Shown one piece after another: positions 28,719 to 42,557 of a stretch of 64,000 nucleotides of DNA. A program made the position numbers and the translations under genes. The DNA is taken from the NCBI RefSeq assembly GCF_009914755.1, contig NC_060936.1; one strand, 5' to 3'. The DNA is from the human T2T-CHM13v2.0 reference genome, Homo sapiens. The notes under the pieces were generated by a model that was given only the letters and a program-made list of their open reading frames with translations, had not been told where the DNA came from and did no database searches. The stretch's first letter is position 1. Each line of letters begins with the position of its first letter.

Positions 28719-30133
28719 TAATGATTTCTACTCACATTTCATAGACACAGCATGAAATTTTTTTCATCAAGTTAAATTTGCATTAATATAATGGCTTCTT
28801 GAATCTGGAATCTGGAACGACATCTTGAACCTGGAAAGTCTGCTGTGTTTTTCCTGGGAGAGTATTTTCCTTGGATATAGGAACATCGTTTTCTGAAATC
28901 ACAGGCTCCTTTTTATCCTCCTATTAAAATACTTCCCACAGGAAGTATTCTTGTTGATATTTTAGATACCGTCTCACAGGTGAGGACAGCATGTGATATG
29001 TATGTACTTGTCATCTTCCTCATCATTGATTGGTCACTTCAGCATCCCTAGAGCACTATGTTGGACTCACTGGGTCATTTCGCTATGTTCATGTCTTTTA
29101 AGTTGCTTTTAATTGTTAAGCTATTCTCAAACACTTTCTTTTTCTTCTTTATTTCATCTCTGTGAAGAGGCAATTAATAAATAATTAGGTTTGGTTATAT
29201 CATAACTGACATAACTAGTTGACATAAGCAGCTAGTGGCAAATTTAATGTTATAAACCATTTTCTTGATTCTCCATACAGACTCAACAAACCATCCTCAG
29301 GAAAAGATATAGAACCTTCTTGGCTTTTTCAGAGGAAAGCTTCATTAACTTAAGAAAAGTGAGGTATAGCAGTTACCAAAGCAAATTCAGATTTTGTTTT
29401 CTCTTAGTAGAGAGAACAGTAAATCTGACATAGGGATTTTTAGGAATATGTAATGACAGTGTACCATGATGGCCAATAAAAGATCCCTCCCAATGACATC
29501 ACAGTTTAAATTAAACATTGAAGAAATTATGTGACTTTGGTGTCAATGAAAAACATGGTCTGGTTCAGAAACTTGAGGTGTTTTATAAACTAAAACATTT
29601 ATATAAAAGAGTTTTAGAAGCTCAAGAGTATGAAAACTATATGACCTGCCTCATTCATTTTGGTAAAATACAGGGGTAAGGGGCAGTGTTTAAGTTTTCT
29701 TCCAGCTCAGATATAGTATTATTTTGTTTAATGGCATATTCTTTAAAAAAAAAAATTTTTTTTTTCATTATGAGCCCTGAAAAAAAAAAAGACTTGAAAT
29801 TGGCTACAAATTTATGTGAGGGATGCAAAAAAACATTTCTAAAGAAGGCCCATTTGTTCTGTTGAGCACTTTACTGGGTTTTGATAGGCCACGATTTCCT
29901 CAAGCTGACTTTAGGTACAGGGGACATAGAGAACGAAATTATTCTGCTACTAAAGAGTAAGAGAAACTGAGATTTTGCTCCTTAGAGAAGAGGACAGAAA
30001 CTGAGAAGAATAAGAAAAGTACAGGAGGCTGACTTCAAGTTGAGTTTTTATTTTACTGTGATATGAAATGAATCCCTGCATATTACCAGCCTTCAGCAAA
30101 AATGTCTACATATATATGCTGTGAATGTGAATC

Positions 30134-30429
<296 letters not shown>

Positions 30430-31052
30430 AAATGTTTTTAATGGCCTTATTAAGGAAAAAGCCCAAAATCCAGTACTGAGTTAACATGCTATGAAACATA
30501 GGCTACATGAACAGGGTGGTGTATGATCTATAAACTAGACTGAGTAAATTGAAAAAAAAGAGCCAGAGTAAGAAATGACTATGAGATCACAAGCGCCCAG
30601 GAAATTCATATAAATCTTAACAAAAATTTTGTAAGTCTACAATCCACAGGATAATGCTGCATTAAGTCAGTCTCACCCATATCTAAGGTTGCCTCAAAGA
30701 ACTAAGGTAATATGTGAATTATGTGAATTATACAAGTTATGTTTGAGTGGTTTCACTAAAGAAAAAAATATTACATATGCTTATGCAACAGCTCTAGCTG
30801 TGTCCTTGATCCCAGACTCTCTAACCTCTTCTTGACCTTACTACCTTTCTCTTTCACCAAGTGAAATTTTCCTTCTCTACTAGCAGCATGCTCTCAGATG
30901 GTAATTAGTTCCTCTCATGTTAAAAAATCAACTCCTTAATTCATATTCCTCCTAATACCACCAACTATTTTCTCTTCTCATTCAGACTTCTAGCCATAGT
31001 CTATATTTTTCGTCTTCACTTTCTTACAGCACATTTATTCTCAATTCAGTTC

Positions 31053-31233
31053 AAGCTAGAGGTATCACATTACCTGATTTCAAACTATACTATAAGACTA
31101 CAGTAACTGGTACAAAAACAGACACATAGACCAATGGAATAGAATGAAGAAATAAAGCTGCACACATACAGCCATCTGATCCTCAACAAAGTCAACAAAA
31201 ATAAGCAATGGGAAAAGTACTCCATATTCAATA
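31053..31233 (+). mobile_element. Isolated internal L1 ORF2 fragment
   Basis: AAGCTAGAGGTATCACATTACCTGATTTCAAACTATACTA...AGACACATAGACCAATGGAA...TATTCAATA; no tail. Confidence 0.8.
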
Positions 31234-31489
31234 TATTTGTTCATTATAAATATTAAAGTGTCGTCTTTAATTAGCTACACACTAACACTTGTAAAACCAT
31301 TGCTTATAAAACTATTTTTTTTAATTCGTTCATTTCCTAGTGGCTGAATTTTAGAACTTTCTTCTTTTGAATGGCCTTACTCACATAATTTGTTTGCTGC
31401 TTACAATAATAGAATTGATATATACCACAAGAGGGCTATCCCAAATTTATAAAAATGTTGTATTGTAATAGAAAATTATTGGGTTTGGG

Positions 31490-32283
31490 CAGCCTAGCAT
31501 TCATTTATCCATCTGGAAGGAACGTTATTTCCTTTTGGGGAATAACTTCTAACCCTGTGAACACAATCTGATGGGACTGACATATCCCATACAGGATATC
31601 CCTGTATAACAAATTAGGCCAGGTAATTATATTCTCTTTTTCCAGAATATAATTTTAAAAATTTATAGCCTTTTTATTATAAAACACAGATACGGTAAAA
31701 AACACAAATATATGGTTTAGTGAATTACTACAATGCAAACAATCTTTCAACTACCATCTACATTAAGTAAAGAACTTTTTCAGCCATTTCAGAACCCCCT
31801 TCATTTAGCTCATCCCGAAGACTATTCCCTCCTTATAAAAATCATCATCATCCTGAATTTTATAGGTTTCTTCAACAAAGATAATGATAACCACAGGCCT
31901 GAAGATACTGGTAATTTAGGCTGTGGGGGACATCTTATAATCTAGTTCTGTTGTAAATGATCTCCAGATAGTTTTGCTATCTAGCTGCTTCCTCTAATTT
32001 TATGCAGGAATTCAAGAATATTTAAAAACTCTGCAGCCACCTCAACACCTTTGTCCCAGAATTCCTGAAATTGGAATCTTGAGCAGATGAATAAATGTAT
32101 TGAAAACAGTTGAACACTTAGTGGAGATGTTTTAACTAAAATTTTGCTGATAAAACTTTCCTATAGTTCTTGTTTACTGATGCCCAGAGCTGCCTTGGTT
32201 CTTAATATCCTTCTGACAAATATCTTTTCACTTAAGTTAGCTAGACAGTTTCTTTTGTTTGAAAACAAAGAACCCAAACTATA
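31490..32283 (+). mobile_element. LTR33-like ERVL LTR, apparently interrupted by an L1ME fragment (~31670-31865)
   Basis: Terminal CTTAAGTTAGCTAGACAGTTTC...AAAGAACCCAAACTATA resembles the LTR33 end. Confidence 0.45.
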
Positions 32284-33387
32284 TGGAAACTCTTAAGTCA
32301 GTAGTAAACTTGTTCCATCTCCAACATTTAAAGATCTTAGAAGTTGTCTCTGACCTCTTTACAACAAGAACAATCTGATCTAACTAAAAAATCAATGACT
32401 CTACTTGAACCCATCATAGAACTAATGCTTTGAATCAAACCACCATCCTGAAATCTGCAGAGGCATGTTCTTCCAGAGAAATAAAGCAACTTATATCTGC
32501 TTAACTTGGAGCAGAAGTCACTGGAGACATAAACTGTTAGAAACACTTAAAAGTAATAGTTTTGATAAATTGCTGGAGGCTGAGTGTAGACTAGTGTGAG
32601 AATAAGAAACTCCTGGAGACTGCAGGTCTCACACTTTTACGGTCTGTCTGAGTCTCACCAAGTTTTCATCATGAAGATCCCAGAAAAATTCACTCTTGGT
32701 TCTGGCAGGAAAAGGGGGCTTCTAAAGGGGATCTATGTGCAAACCACATGTAGATCCTTCCCCATAACGAAGGCCTACTCTCCAGAGAAAACTTCTTTGC
32801 CAAAGTATAATTCTGATAACTTATCCCAGGTGGGGAAAAAGAATTCCTGCCCACTTCAGCCCCTTTTGGCCTTCCTATTTCATTTAAGGGTGGGGAGAGA
32901 GACCATAGTCAACTGGAGACAAGCCTTAGGAAATAGATTGACAATATTGCAGCCAGAGAGTAGAGAGTAGGGGATAAATGCTATAACACTGAAAAAAAGG
33001 ACAGAAACATTGGTGAAGGCCATAGACTCAAGGCTTAGACCACTAAAAGAGTGACAGTCAATCAGAAAATTATGAAGTGCTTCTCCTCCCACATACCCTA
33101 CCACCATACTGGGAAGTCTCAAATATAATAACAGTGGAATATAGCTGAAAGAGCTGCAAGACACAGACTGTCTTTGAAGAACAGTACATATGAGGTACAT
33201 ATGAAGACTGGAGACAAAATAAAAACAAAAATCCCAGAACACTAGAGAAATCTGAAGTCTCTGATTCCTAGCCAGATTGACATACATCTTCTTACTAAAG
33301 TCCTATTTGTATAAATAGTATAAATACAAAAACAGAACCCACACCTAAGCATATTCAGATTTCAGAAAACTAAAGACAAAGGAAATC

Positions 33388-33470
33388 TTGCCCAGACTTC
33401 ACCATTACAATATACGTTAATGTAACAAAAACTGCACTTGTACCCCTTAAAAATTTATACCAAAAATATT
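33388..33470 (+). mobile_element. L1PB/L1MA extreme 3'-end fragment
   Basis: CCCAGACTTCACCATTACAATATAC...GTAACAAAACTGCACTTGTACCCCTTAAA. Confidence 0.65.
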
Positions 33471-34962
33471 AATTAATTTTTTTAAGCAAGGTGGAAAAAA
33501 CACCTCACATATACAGAAAAACAGATAATAAAGCATAGCAGACTTCTCATCAGAAATGATGCAAGCAAGAAGAGAATGGAGTGAAGTATTTAAAGTGTTG
33601 AAAGAAATAAAAATCAACCTAAAATTCTATATTTAGTGAAATTATCTTTCAAAAATGAAAGAGAAATAATATCAGTAGCGTGGTAGAATATTGGAGAGAT
33701 CCAAAAAACCTTCCTTCCACAGAACATCTAAAAATGTTCTATAAAATTAAATATAGTTCACTTTAATTATTGAATGAACCTGCAATAAACTAAGAGAAAT
33801 CCACCAAATATAGGACTGCATCAGGAACACAAGATCAAGAAGACATGAAAACTCTAAAGCCAGCAAATTCTTGGCCAACTCTGAGTCATGGTAGGTTAGA
33901 GCTACTGTGCAGAAGACAGTATGGGAACAAAGATCATGCTGCATAAAGGTGGAGCCCTGGAAGGCCTACCATCTCAGGGAAAGAGTGAACTAGAAAAAAA
34001 AGAAACTTGAACTTGTAATCAAATAGACAACCTGTCTCAGCATTGGCTCTGGATAAAAGTTTGTTTGTTTGCTTAAGTCTCTCCACAGAAAACTGTGACC
34101 TTTTTCTGACCCTCACAAGAATTTAGGGCCTAAATCTACATTAATGGAAGGTGAAACTTAAGTGGAGTTGGGTGTGTTGTGTTTATAGGCCCCTCTCCCT
34201 AGAGGAGCGTACATTTATGCTAGCTTCAAGGAATTTCTACAGATAAAGTTCCAAGTATTATTTAATAACAATTTTAAAATCACAAACACAAAAGAAAATA
34301 AGCCATCAGAAACAGGAGTAAACAACACAGTGAATAACAAGACCCTGACATACTTCAGGTATTGAAACTATTAGACAAAAAAATTTGTTAACTATGTCTT
34401 CAGAAATATAACAGGGATTGACAAATATGAGCAATGAAAAACAAATCAATGAGACAAAACTCATCAGGAAAATTTGAAAACTAACCATACTGAACCTTCA
34501 AAAATGAAAATGTAATGAAATTTAAAACTCAATCAAAAGGTTAAAAAGCAGATTAGATACAGCTAATTAGAATTAATGAATGGATTATAAAATTGAAAAA
34601 ATATTCAAATTGCAGCTCAGAGAGACAGACAGGTATAGAGAGGTTTACAAACATAGAATATAGAGTGAGAAGAGCTAATTAGCATTTCCAGGAAGAGGTC
34701 ATTCAAATAAGGAGAAGTAATATTTAAAGAAATAATGACTAATAATTTTAAAAAGTTGATGAAAGACATCAATTATCATATTCAGGAAGGTCAACAAATC
34801 CCGAACAGTATAAATAAAAGAAATTCCCACCCCAACATAGAGTGAAGCTGCAAAACAACAAAGACAAGAAGAAAATCTTAAAAGCAACTAGAAAGAAATG
34901 ATAGATTACCCAACAAAGGAGACACAATTAAACGACAGCTTAATTTCTTAATAATAACAATG

Positions 34963-35088
34963 GGCCAGGTGTGGTGTTGTGCACCTGTAGTCCCAGCTAC
35001 TCAGGAAGCTGAGGTGGGAGAATTGCTTGAGCCAGGGGGTTTGAGTCCATCCTAGGCAACAGAGCAAGACCCCATTGCTTTAAAAAAA
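34963..35088 (+). mobile_element. Free Alu monomer (FLAM_A-like)
   Basis: Single ~125-bp monomer GGCCAGGTGTGGTG...GCAAGACCCC plus A tail. Confidence 0.8.
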
Positions 35089-36667
35089 GGAGTCAGAAGA
35101 TAATGAAATAATATACAATTGAAAGATCTTCTGAGAAGGAAAATAAAATAAAGACACTATCCAAAAAAAATTGAAAACAGGATTTATCACCAAAAGACTT
35201 TCACTGAGGGAACATGAAAAGAATGTACTTCAAGAGGAAGCCAGCTGATTCCAGTTGGATGTACTGAGATGCTCTTCTTAAGAAGGAATGTTGGAACTTC
35301 ACTAGAACAAGACACTAATGATCCTTAGGACCACATTTACAGAAAATTGTATTTATTTCTTCCAAACGTGATTTTAGATTTACATATATTTGATTTTGCC
35401 AAGAGGTTAAAAATTCTGTAAGAACCTAGTATGCTTTCCAGGCAATATACTTTTTTAAAAAAGGTTTTTAAAAACATTACTAACAGGATGAATATAGTAG
35501 GAGAATATTTTACATTTCTGTAGTCCAAGAGACTTGCTTCTGGCTAACAAGTACATTTCTGGGAAAGCTTGCTCAATCTGAATCAGAAAGCAGAGAAAAG
35601 AAGCAGTCAGATCAGCAGGAAGAACAAATGTTGCAAATGGAAGAAAACACAGACAGATGGCTCAATCTGTGTTAGATCACACTGAACCATTGTGAAGGCA
35701 AGTAAGGACATTAATTGTTCAGAGCATGCACATAGTGAAATGGGAGGAAATTATTCATTATTTGCAGATGGATTTCCTGATACTCTACAGAAAGACTACT
35801 AACATACCTGCATAATGCTGTCCCCAGAGGAAATGAAAAGATTTGACATTTTCTCCCAAAATCGATCTTAGTTTCACATTTACAAAGAAAGAGCCTTCAT
35901 TGGACTATTTATCCTTGTGGCTATTTTTATGGCTTTTTCATTGGTTTAAAGCTGAAAAATATTAGAAAAATTTGGAGTGATTTGCTTACTAAAAAGCCAT
36001 ATTATAAGTCCGTATTATTTCAATTGGTGCCAGATAATACTTCAGTAATTGTCATCAAAAAATGCGAGAGCTTTTTGTCAATGACAACAGTTGTGAAGAA
36101 GACAATAGTTTCTCTCATTCATGCCACATTAAAAATTAACTTTTCTACTTTTAACTTCCTTGTCCCCAGGAAGATTTGACCTCCAGAGCCAAAATTACTA
36201 TTTTTAGCTACATTTATCTCAGCTGGGTATCAATAGATACCCAGTATTATCTAACTAATTTACATTACAGTGTTTCTAACTAATATTCCTTCCAGGGTTA
36301 CACTTTTAAAAGAATTCTTCTTAACCAGAATGAAACACTTATTGGTAGAATGTCCAGCAACTGGCAAATTTCTAAACATCTACTGTATCAAGGTGGCATG
36401 TCAAGTCATTTAAAAAAGGACATATTTTGAGGATAATTGGCTAGCCATTTGGAAGAAAAGTAAAATTAGATCTCTACTTCAGGCCATAGACAAATACAAT
36501 AAAAGATTCATGATTAATTATCATAAAGTTAAAAATAAAAGTTAAAAATTCAAAAGAAAATATAATAGGAAATGTTTTATTATTCTTTATACTAAGCCTT
36601 TCTTATGAAACAAAACTAAATAAAATTAAGAAAAATATTGAAACTTTGATTACATAAAATTTTGTGA

Positions 36668-37047
36668 TTTTTTAAATTTTAATTTATTTTAGAGACAGAG
36701 TCTTGCTCTGCTGCCTAGGCTTGAGTGCAGTGGCACAATCATGTCACTGCAACTTTTGTTTGTCTGTTATTTTATTTTAAGTTCCAGGATACATGTGCAG
36801 GATGTGCCGGTTTGTTACGTAGGTAAATGTGTGCCATTGTGGTTTTCTGTACCTATCAACCCACTGCCTAGGTATTAAGCCCAGCACGCATTAGCTATTT
36901 TTCCTGATGCTCTCCCTCCCCCTACCCCGCCCCTCCTGACAGGCCCCAATGAATCACTGCAACTTTGAACTCCTGGGCTTAAGTGATCCTCCTGCCTCGG
37001 TCTCTCAAAGTTCTGGCATTATAGGCATGAGCCACTGCACCTGGCCT
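36668..37047 (-). mobile_element. AluJ-type hybrid monomer split by an L1
   Basis: Right-arm 3' part joined directly to left-arm 5' part; flanking ACATAAAATTTT duplication. Confidence 0.75.
36757..36953 (-). mobile_element. L1PA 3'-end fragment inserted in the Alu
   Basis: TTTTAAGTTCCAGGATACATGTGCAGGATGTG...CTGACAGGCCCC; TSD TCACTGCAACTTT at 36744 and 36954. Confidence 0.9.
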
Positions 37048-37159
37048 CACATAAAATTTTAAATATCATCCAGTAAGAAAGACCATATACAAAATTAAAA
37101 TTATGAATGAGAAATTGAAAAGATATTTGTAACATATATGATAGACAAGGAAAGCCAGT

Positions 37160-37345
37160 AAAGGCAGTGTTTAAGAGCATAGGCTCAGAAATGAGATTGC
37201 ATAGGTTCAGATATTAACTACACCACATCCTTAGTCTTTTGACCTTAGGCAAGTTATTTAACGTCCTTGGGCCTCAAGTTTCCTCATCTATAAGAAGGAG
37301 GTAATAATAAATCTATTTTCTTGGGTTAGCTGAGAACTATTATAA
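37160..37345 (+). mobile_element. MIR SINE
   Basis: GACCTTAGGCAAGTTATTTAACGTCCTTGGGCCTCAAGTTTCCTCATCTATAA. Confidence 0.7.
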
Positions 37346-37526
37346 TTGCCCATGATATATCAAAGGTTAATTAAATCAATAAGATAAGCGGAACTGATCT
37401 ACTAGATATTGAACATGAATAAAAACCTATCTATCCATTTCATCTTATTTTCAGCTACTCCTTGGCACAAATCTTACATATCAAATTGTCCTGGTCCACA
37501 TTCTCTTTAAATTGGGTGTAGATTTC

Positions 37527-38060
37527 TGTGATGGTTAATTTTCGATGCCAGCTTGACTGAGTTAAGGGATACCCAGCTGGTAATAACTGGTAAAGCATTA
37601 TTCCTAAGTATGTCTGTGCAGCTGTTTCTGGAAGAGATTGGCATTTGAATTAGTGGACTCAGTAAGGAAGATCCACCCTCCCCCATGGATAAGCAACATC
37701 CAATTGGCTGAGGGCCTGGATAGAACAAAAGGGCAAGAGAAAGCTGAATCTGCTCGCTCTTCTGGAGCTGAGACACTCATCTTCTCCTGCCCTGGCACAT
37801 CAAAACTCCAGGTTCTCTGATCTTTGAACACTGGGACTTAATCCAGCATCCCCTTACTGCCTGAAGTTCTCAGGACTTTGGACTTGGACTGAACGATGCT
37901 ACCAGCTTCCCTGGCTTTCCAGCTTGTAGATGGCGTATCATGGAATTTCTCAGTCTCCAAAGTAATGTGAGCCAATTCCTATAATAACTCTCTTCTCTAT
38001 CTAATCTATTAATATTTACATTTCTTATTGTTTTTCATTTACCTGGAGAACCCTAATAAA
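37527..38060 (+). mobile_element. MLT2 (ERVL) solo LTR
   Basis: TGTGATGGTTAATTTT...GGAAGAGATTGGCATTTGAAT...CTGGAGAACCCTAATA. Confidence 0.85.
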
Positions 38061-38732
38061 ACTTCCTGTTGCATACCTTTAATGTCATCATCATTATCTC
38101 AGTCCAAAATTCTCCTTGCAGTCACTGGAAGTAAAATATTAATATCACCCATATTTTAAATTCAAACTCAAATCCTGCTTTTAATATATTATTAGTCAGC
38201 CAAAATGTTGCATTCTCTCTCTGAATTTCTAAGGAGTCTATAATACTAGTTTCTACATATAATCAAATATTGTTTTGTTCTTTCGGTGTGGAATATGTAC
38301 ATGTTTTATCTCCTACAGAAATTTGTAAATTTTCACAAGCAAGAATCTTCTTCTACTTCTTTAACCTCACAATGCATAGTAAGTACTTATTGTGGAAATG
38401 TTAAAATTTTTTTCTGTTTTCCATAACATTGATCTGCTACAGGCCAATCAGTGAGAATGTATATAGAATTCCCATACCCGTAATCTGTTCACCACCACCA
38501 CCAACTTTCGCCCGAAACCCTTACCCTACATACACACTTAGAAAAAGAAACAAACATTTCCCAAATGGCATATGGTTCCTTTTGTTACTTGCACTTAACT
38601 AATAAATATATGAGACATGATCTGTGCTATATTTTTAGCTGAAAGGGGGAATGGGTGGAAGAGTTAAGCAGGCTATTTCAGTGTTTAAGAGAGATGATGG
38701 TGGCTTGGGCAGGATGGTAGCAGAGGAGGTCA

Positions 38733-39071
<339 letters not shown>

Positions 39072-39762
39072 TCAGACTCCAGATACATTTTGAAGGTAAA
39101 GGCAGCATATTTGCCTGCAGACTGGATATAGTGTGAGAAAGAAAGGTCAAGGGCAAGATCCAGAATGTCAACTGCATAGCTGACTTCAGAAAATAACCAG
39201 TTCAAATCAGAGCAAATGGATGAAGAGGGCATAGGTTTCCAGATGAAATGGGCAAAATATCTTTGTTTTGAATACCTGAAAATTATATTAGTAGGCGTAT
39301 AACAGATTTAGTAGAGCATATTTAAAAATTAAGAGTAGATACATAGAAAATGAACCAATAAACAAACCAGGCAATTATTAATCTTAGGAAAAAAATATTA
39401 AATATATAATAAAAGGTATATAAGCACAGGTTTATTTAGCTTTGCAGGGAACAATATTTTTATAGTATTAATAACATAAACACAGAGTAATTGATTTAGC
39501 AAAATATTGTGATAGAACTCTACTGGAAGGATGAGAGGAGGGGGAAAACTACAAAAAACTAAATAAATCCTTATTTGCCATAACAGGAAGTCAACAGATA
39601 AAGTATAAAATTATCAAATCAAGAAATAGGATTATGAACATATTATTTAGATGTGGAGGTAAATATAGAGGATACTGCTAAAAATAGTGAAAAATGATAC
39701 CTTATACGGTAAGGCTAATTTTAACATGAATAATTACAGTTAACTGGAACCTCAGATATTCT

Positions 39763-41227
39763 TTTTTTGTTTGTTTTTGTTTAATTTTGTATTTTTTTAT
39801 TATACTTTAAGTTCTAGGGTACATGGGCACAACGAGCAGGTTACATAGGTAAACATGTGCCATGTTGGTTTGCTGCACCCATTAATTTGTCATTTACATT
39901 AGGTATTTCTCCTAATGCTATCCCTCCCCCCTACCCCCACCCTGCGACAGGTCCTGGTGTGTGATGTTCCCCATCCCGTCTCCAAGTGTTCTCATTGTTC
40001 AATTCTCACCTATGAGTGAGAACTTGCAGTGTTTGGTTTTCTGTCCTTGTGATAGTTTGCTCAGAATAATGGTCTCCAGCTTCATCCACGTCCCTGCAAA
40101 GGACATAAACTCATCCTTTTTATGGCTGCATAGTATTCCATGGTGTATATTTGTCACATTGTCTTAATCCAGTCTATCACTGATGGACATCTGGGTTGCT
40201 TCCAAGTCTTTGCTATTGTGAACAGTGCCTCAATAAACATACATGTGCATATGTCTTTAGAGTGGCATGATTTAAAATCCTTTGGGTATATACCCAGTAA
40301 TGGGATCACTGGGTCAAATGGTATTTCTAGTTCTAGATCCTTGAGGAATCGCCACGCTGTCTTTCACAATGGTTGAACTAGTTTACACTCCCACCAACAC
40401 TGTAAAAGCATTCCTATTTCTCCACATCCTCTCCAGCATCTGTTGTTTCCTGACTTTTTAATGATCGCCATTCTAACTGGTGTGAGACGGTATCTCACTG
40501 TGGTTTTGATTTGCATTTCTCTGATGACCAGTGATGATGAGCATTTTTTTGTGTGTCTGTTGGCTGCATAACTTTCTTCTTTTGGGAAGTGTCTATTCAT
40601 ATCCTTTGCCCACTTTTTGATGGAGTTGTTTTTTTCTTGTAAATTTGTTTAAGTTCTTCGTAGATTCTGGATATTAGCCCTTTGTCAGATGGGTAGATTG
40701 CAAAAATGTTCTCCCATTCTGTAGGTTGCCTGTTCACTTTGATGGTAGTTTATTTTGCTGTGCAGAAGCTCTTTAGTTTAATTAGATCCCATTTGTCTAT
40801 TCTGGCTTTTGTTGTCCTTGCTTTTGGTGTTTTAGTCATGAAGTCCTTGCCCATGCCTATGTCCTGAATGGTATTGCCTAGGTTTTCTTCTAGGGTTTTT
40901 ATGGTTGTGGGTCTAACATTTAAGTCTTTAATCCATCTTGAATTAATTTTTGTATAAGGTGTAAGGAAGGGATCCAGTTTCAGCTTTCTACATATGGCTA
41001 GCCAGTTTTCCCAACACCATTTATTAAATAGGGAATCGTTTCCCCATTTCTTGTTTTTGTCAGGTTTGTCAAAGATCAGATGGTTGTTGATGTGTGGTGT
41101 TATTTCTGAGGCCTCTGTTCTGTTCCATTGGTCTGTATCTCTGTTTTGGTACCAGTACCATGCTGTTTTGGTTACTGTAGCCTTGTAGTACAGTTTGAAG
41201 TCAGGTACAATGATGCCTCCAGCTTTG
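39763..41227 (-). mobile_element. 5'-truncated L1PA (about L1PA5-7), ~1.46 kb
   Basis: Antisense L1 3' UTR and ORF2 end ([33 protein letters not shown]); TSD TGGAACCTCAGATATTCT / TGGAACTTCAGAGATTCT. Confidence 0.95.
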
Positions 41228-41580
<353 letters not shown>

Positions 41581-41649
41581 AGAAAGTAGAACTAAGGAGT
41601 TAGAAACAGTGGAACAGAAGACACCTGTTTTTCATTATAATTATTTTAG

Positions 41650-41828
41650 TAGCGTGGTTCTCAAACTTGGGTGCTCATTGGAATCACCTGGGGATCTTTG
41701 AAAACTACTGATGCCTGGATACCATCCCCAGATGTTGTGATGTAATCCATCTGAGGTGCAACCTGGTGTTGGTGCTTTTAATAGCCCTCCAGGTGATTTC
41801 CATGTGTGGCCAAGCTAGAGAACTACTT
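41650..41828. mobile_element. MER5-type hAT-Charlie MITE
   Basis: Inverted ends GTGGTTCTC...GAGAACTAC, with internal GAATCACCTGG / CCAGGTGATT. Confidence 0.75.
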
Positions 41829-42557
41829 TTTAAGTGCAATTTTAAGTATGTGCATAAACTAATTTTTAACATTAAAGTAATTATCTGTATAGTCTGCATG
41901 GGAGTGGGAAGACTGTCAGACGAAGAGCTGAAAGACATGGAATTATGTCTGATATGATCCTCTGCCACGAGCCAGCTCTGTATCATTGGGAAAGTCACCA
42001 AATCTATCTGGGCTTCAGTTTCCTCATGTGTAAAATTATGATGTTGTACTAGCTATTCTCAAATGTTCTTTTCAACTTCACATTTTTATGGATAATTGCT
42101 ATAATGCTCTATGCTATAAAATTTTACAGCAACAAAAATACTCCATGTGGATACCAAGAGTAATTATTATTATTTAGGAAACTATATTATAAATAATTTT
42201 ATTATTTTTAAGTATCTTTTTCATATATACATACCACTTATCCCCAGTGCCTATTTGTTTTACTCAGTACAATAATCAAATCACCCTAGAAAATAAAGAT
42301 GAAAACAGTTGATATTAATTTATACTTGATTTCTCTAAAACATCATTTGCCAAATTGCACCCATGAAGAGGACAAAATAGTCCACCCTTGGGTTATTGTA
42401 ATTTACTTTCTCAATAGTGATAATGGGCAGATTCTGACCCTTCTATTGGGCTCATATGTCTATCTACAAGGAGTACCCTTTTGCAAGATGTCCACCTCTA
42501 ACTAACTTTAAGGGGGCAGTAGGAGTGTGGTCATAAAAGTTCAGGCATATGAAAGTA

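Larger units (their letters stand above)
32340..35290 (+). mobile_element. Old L1M 5' UTR/ORF1 remnants (probably two elements)
   Basis: ORF1-like AGCAGACTTCTCATCAGAAATGATGCAAGCAAGAAGAGAATGGAGTG and GAAGAAAATCTTAAAAGCAACTAGAAAG. Confidence 0.7.
36420..37150 (+). mobile_element. Old L1ME ORF2 fragment hosting the Alu/L1 nest
   Basis: GGATAATTGGCTAGCCATTTGGAAGAAAAG...AAGATATTTGTAACATATATGATAGACAA. Confidence 0.55.
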
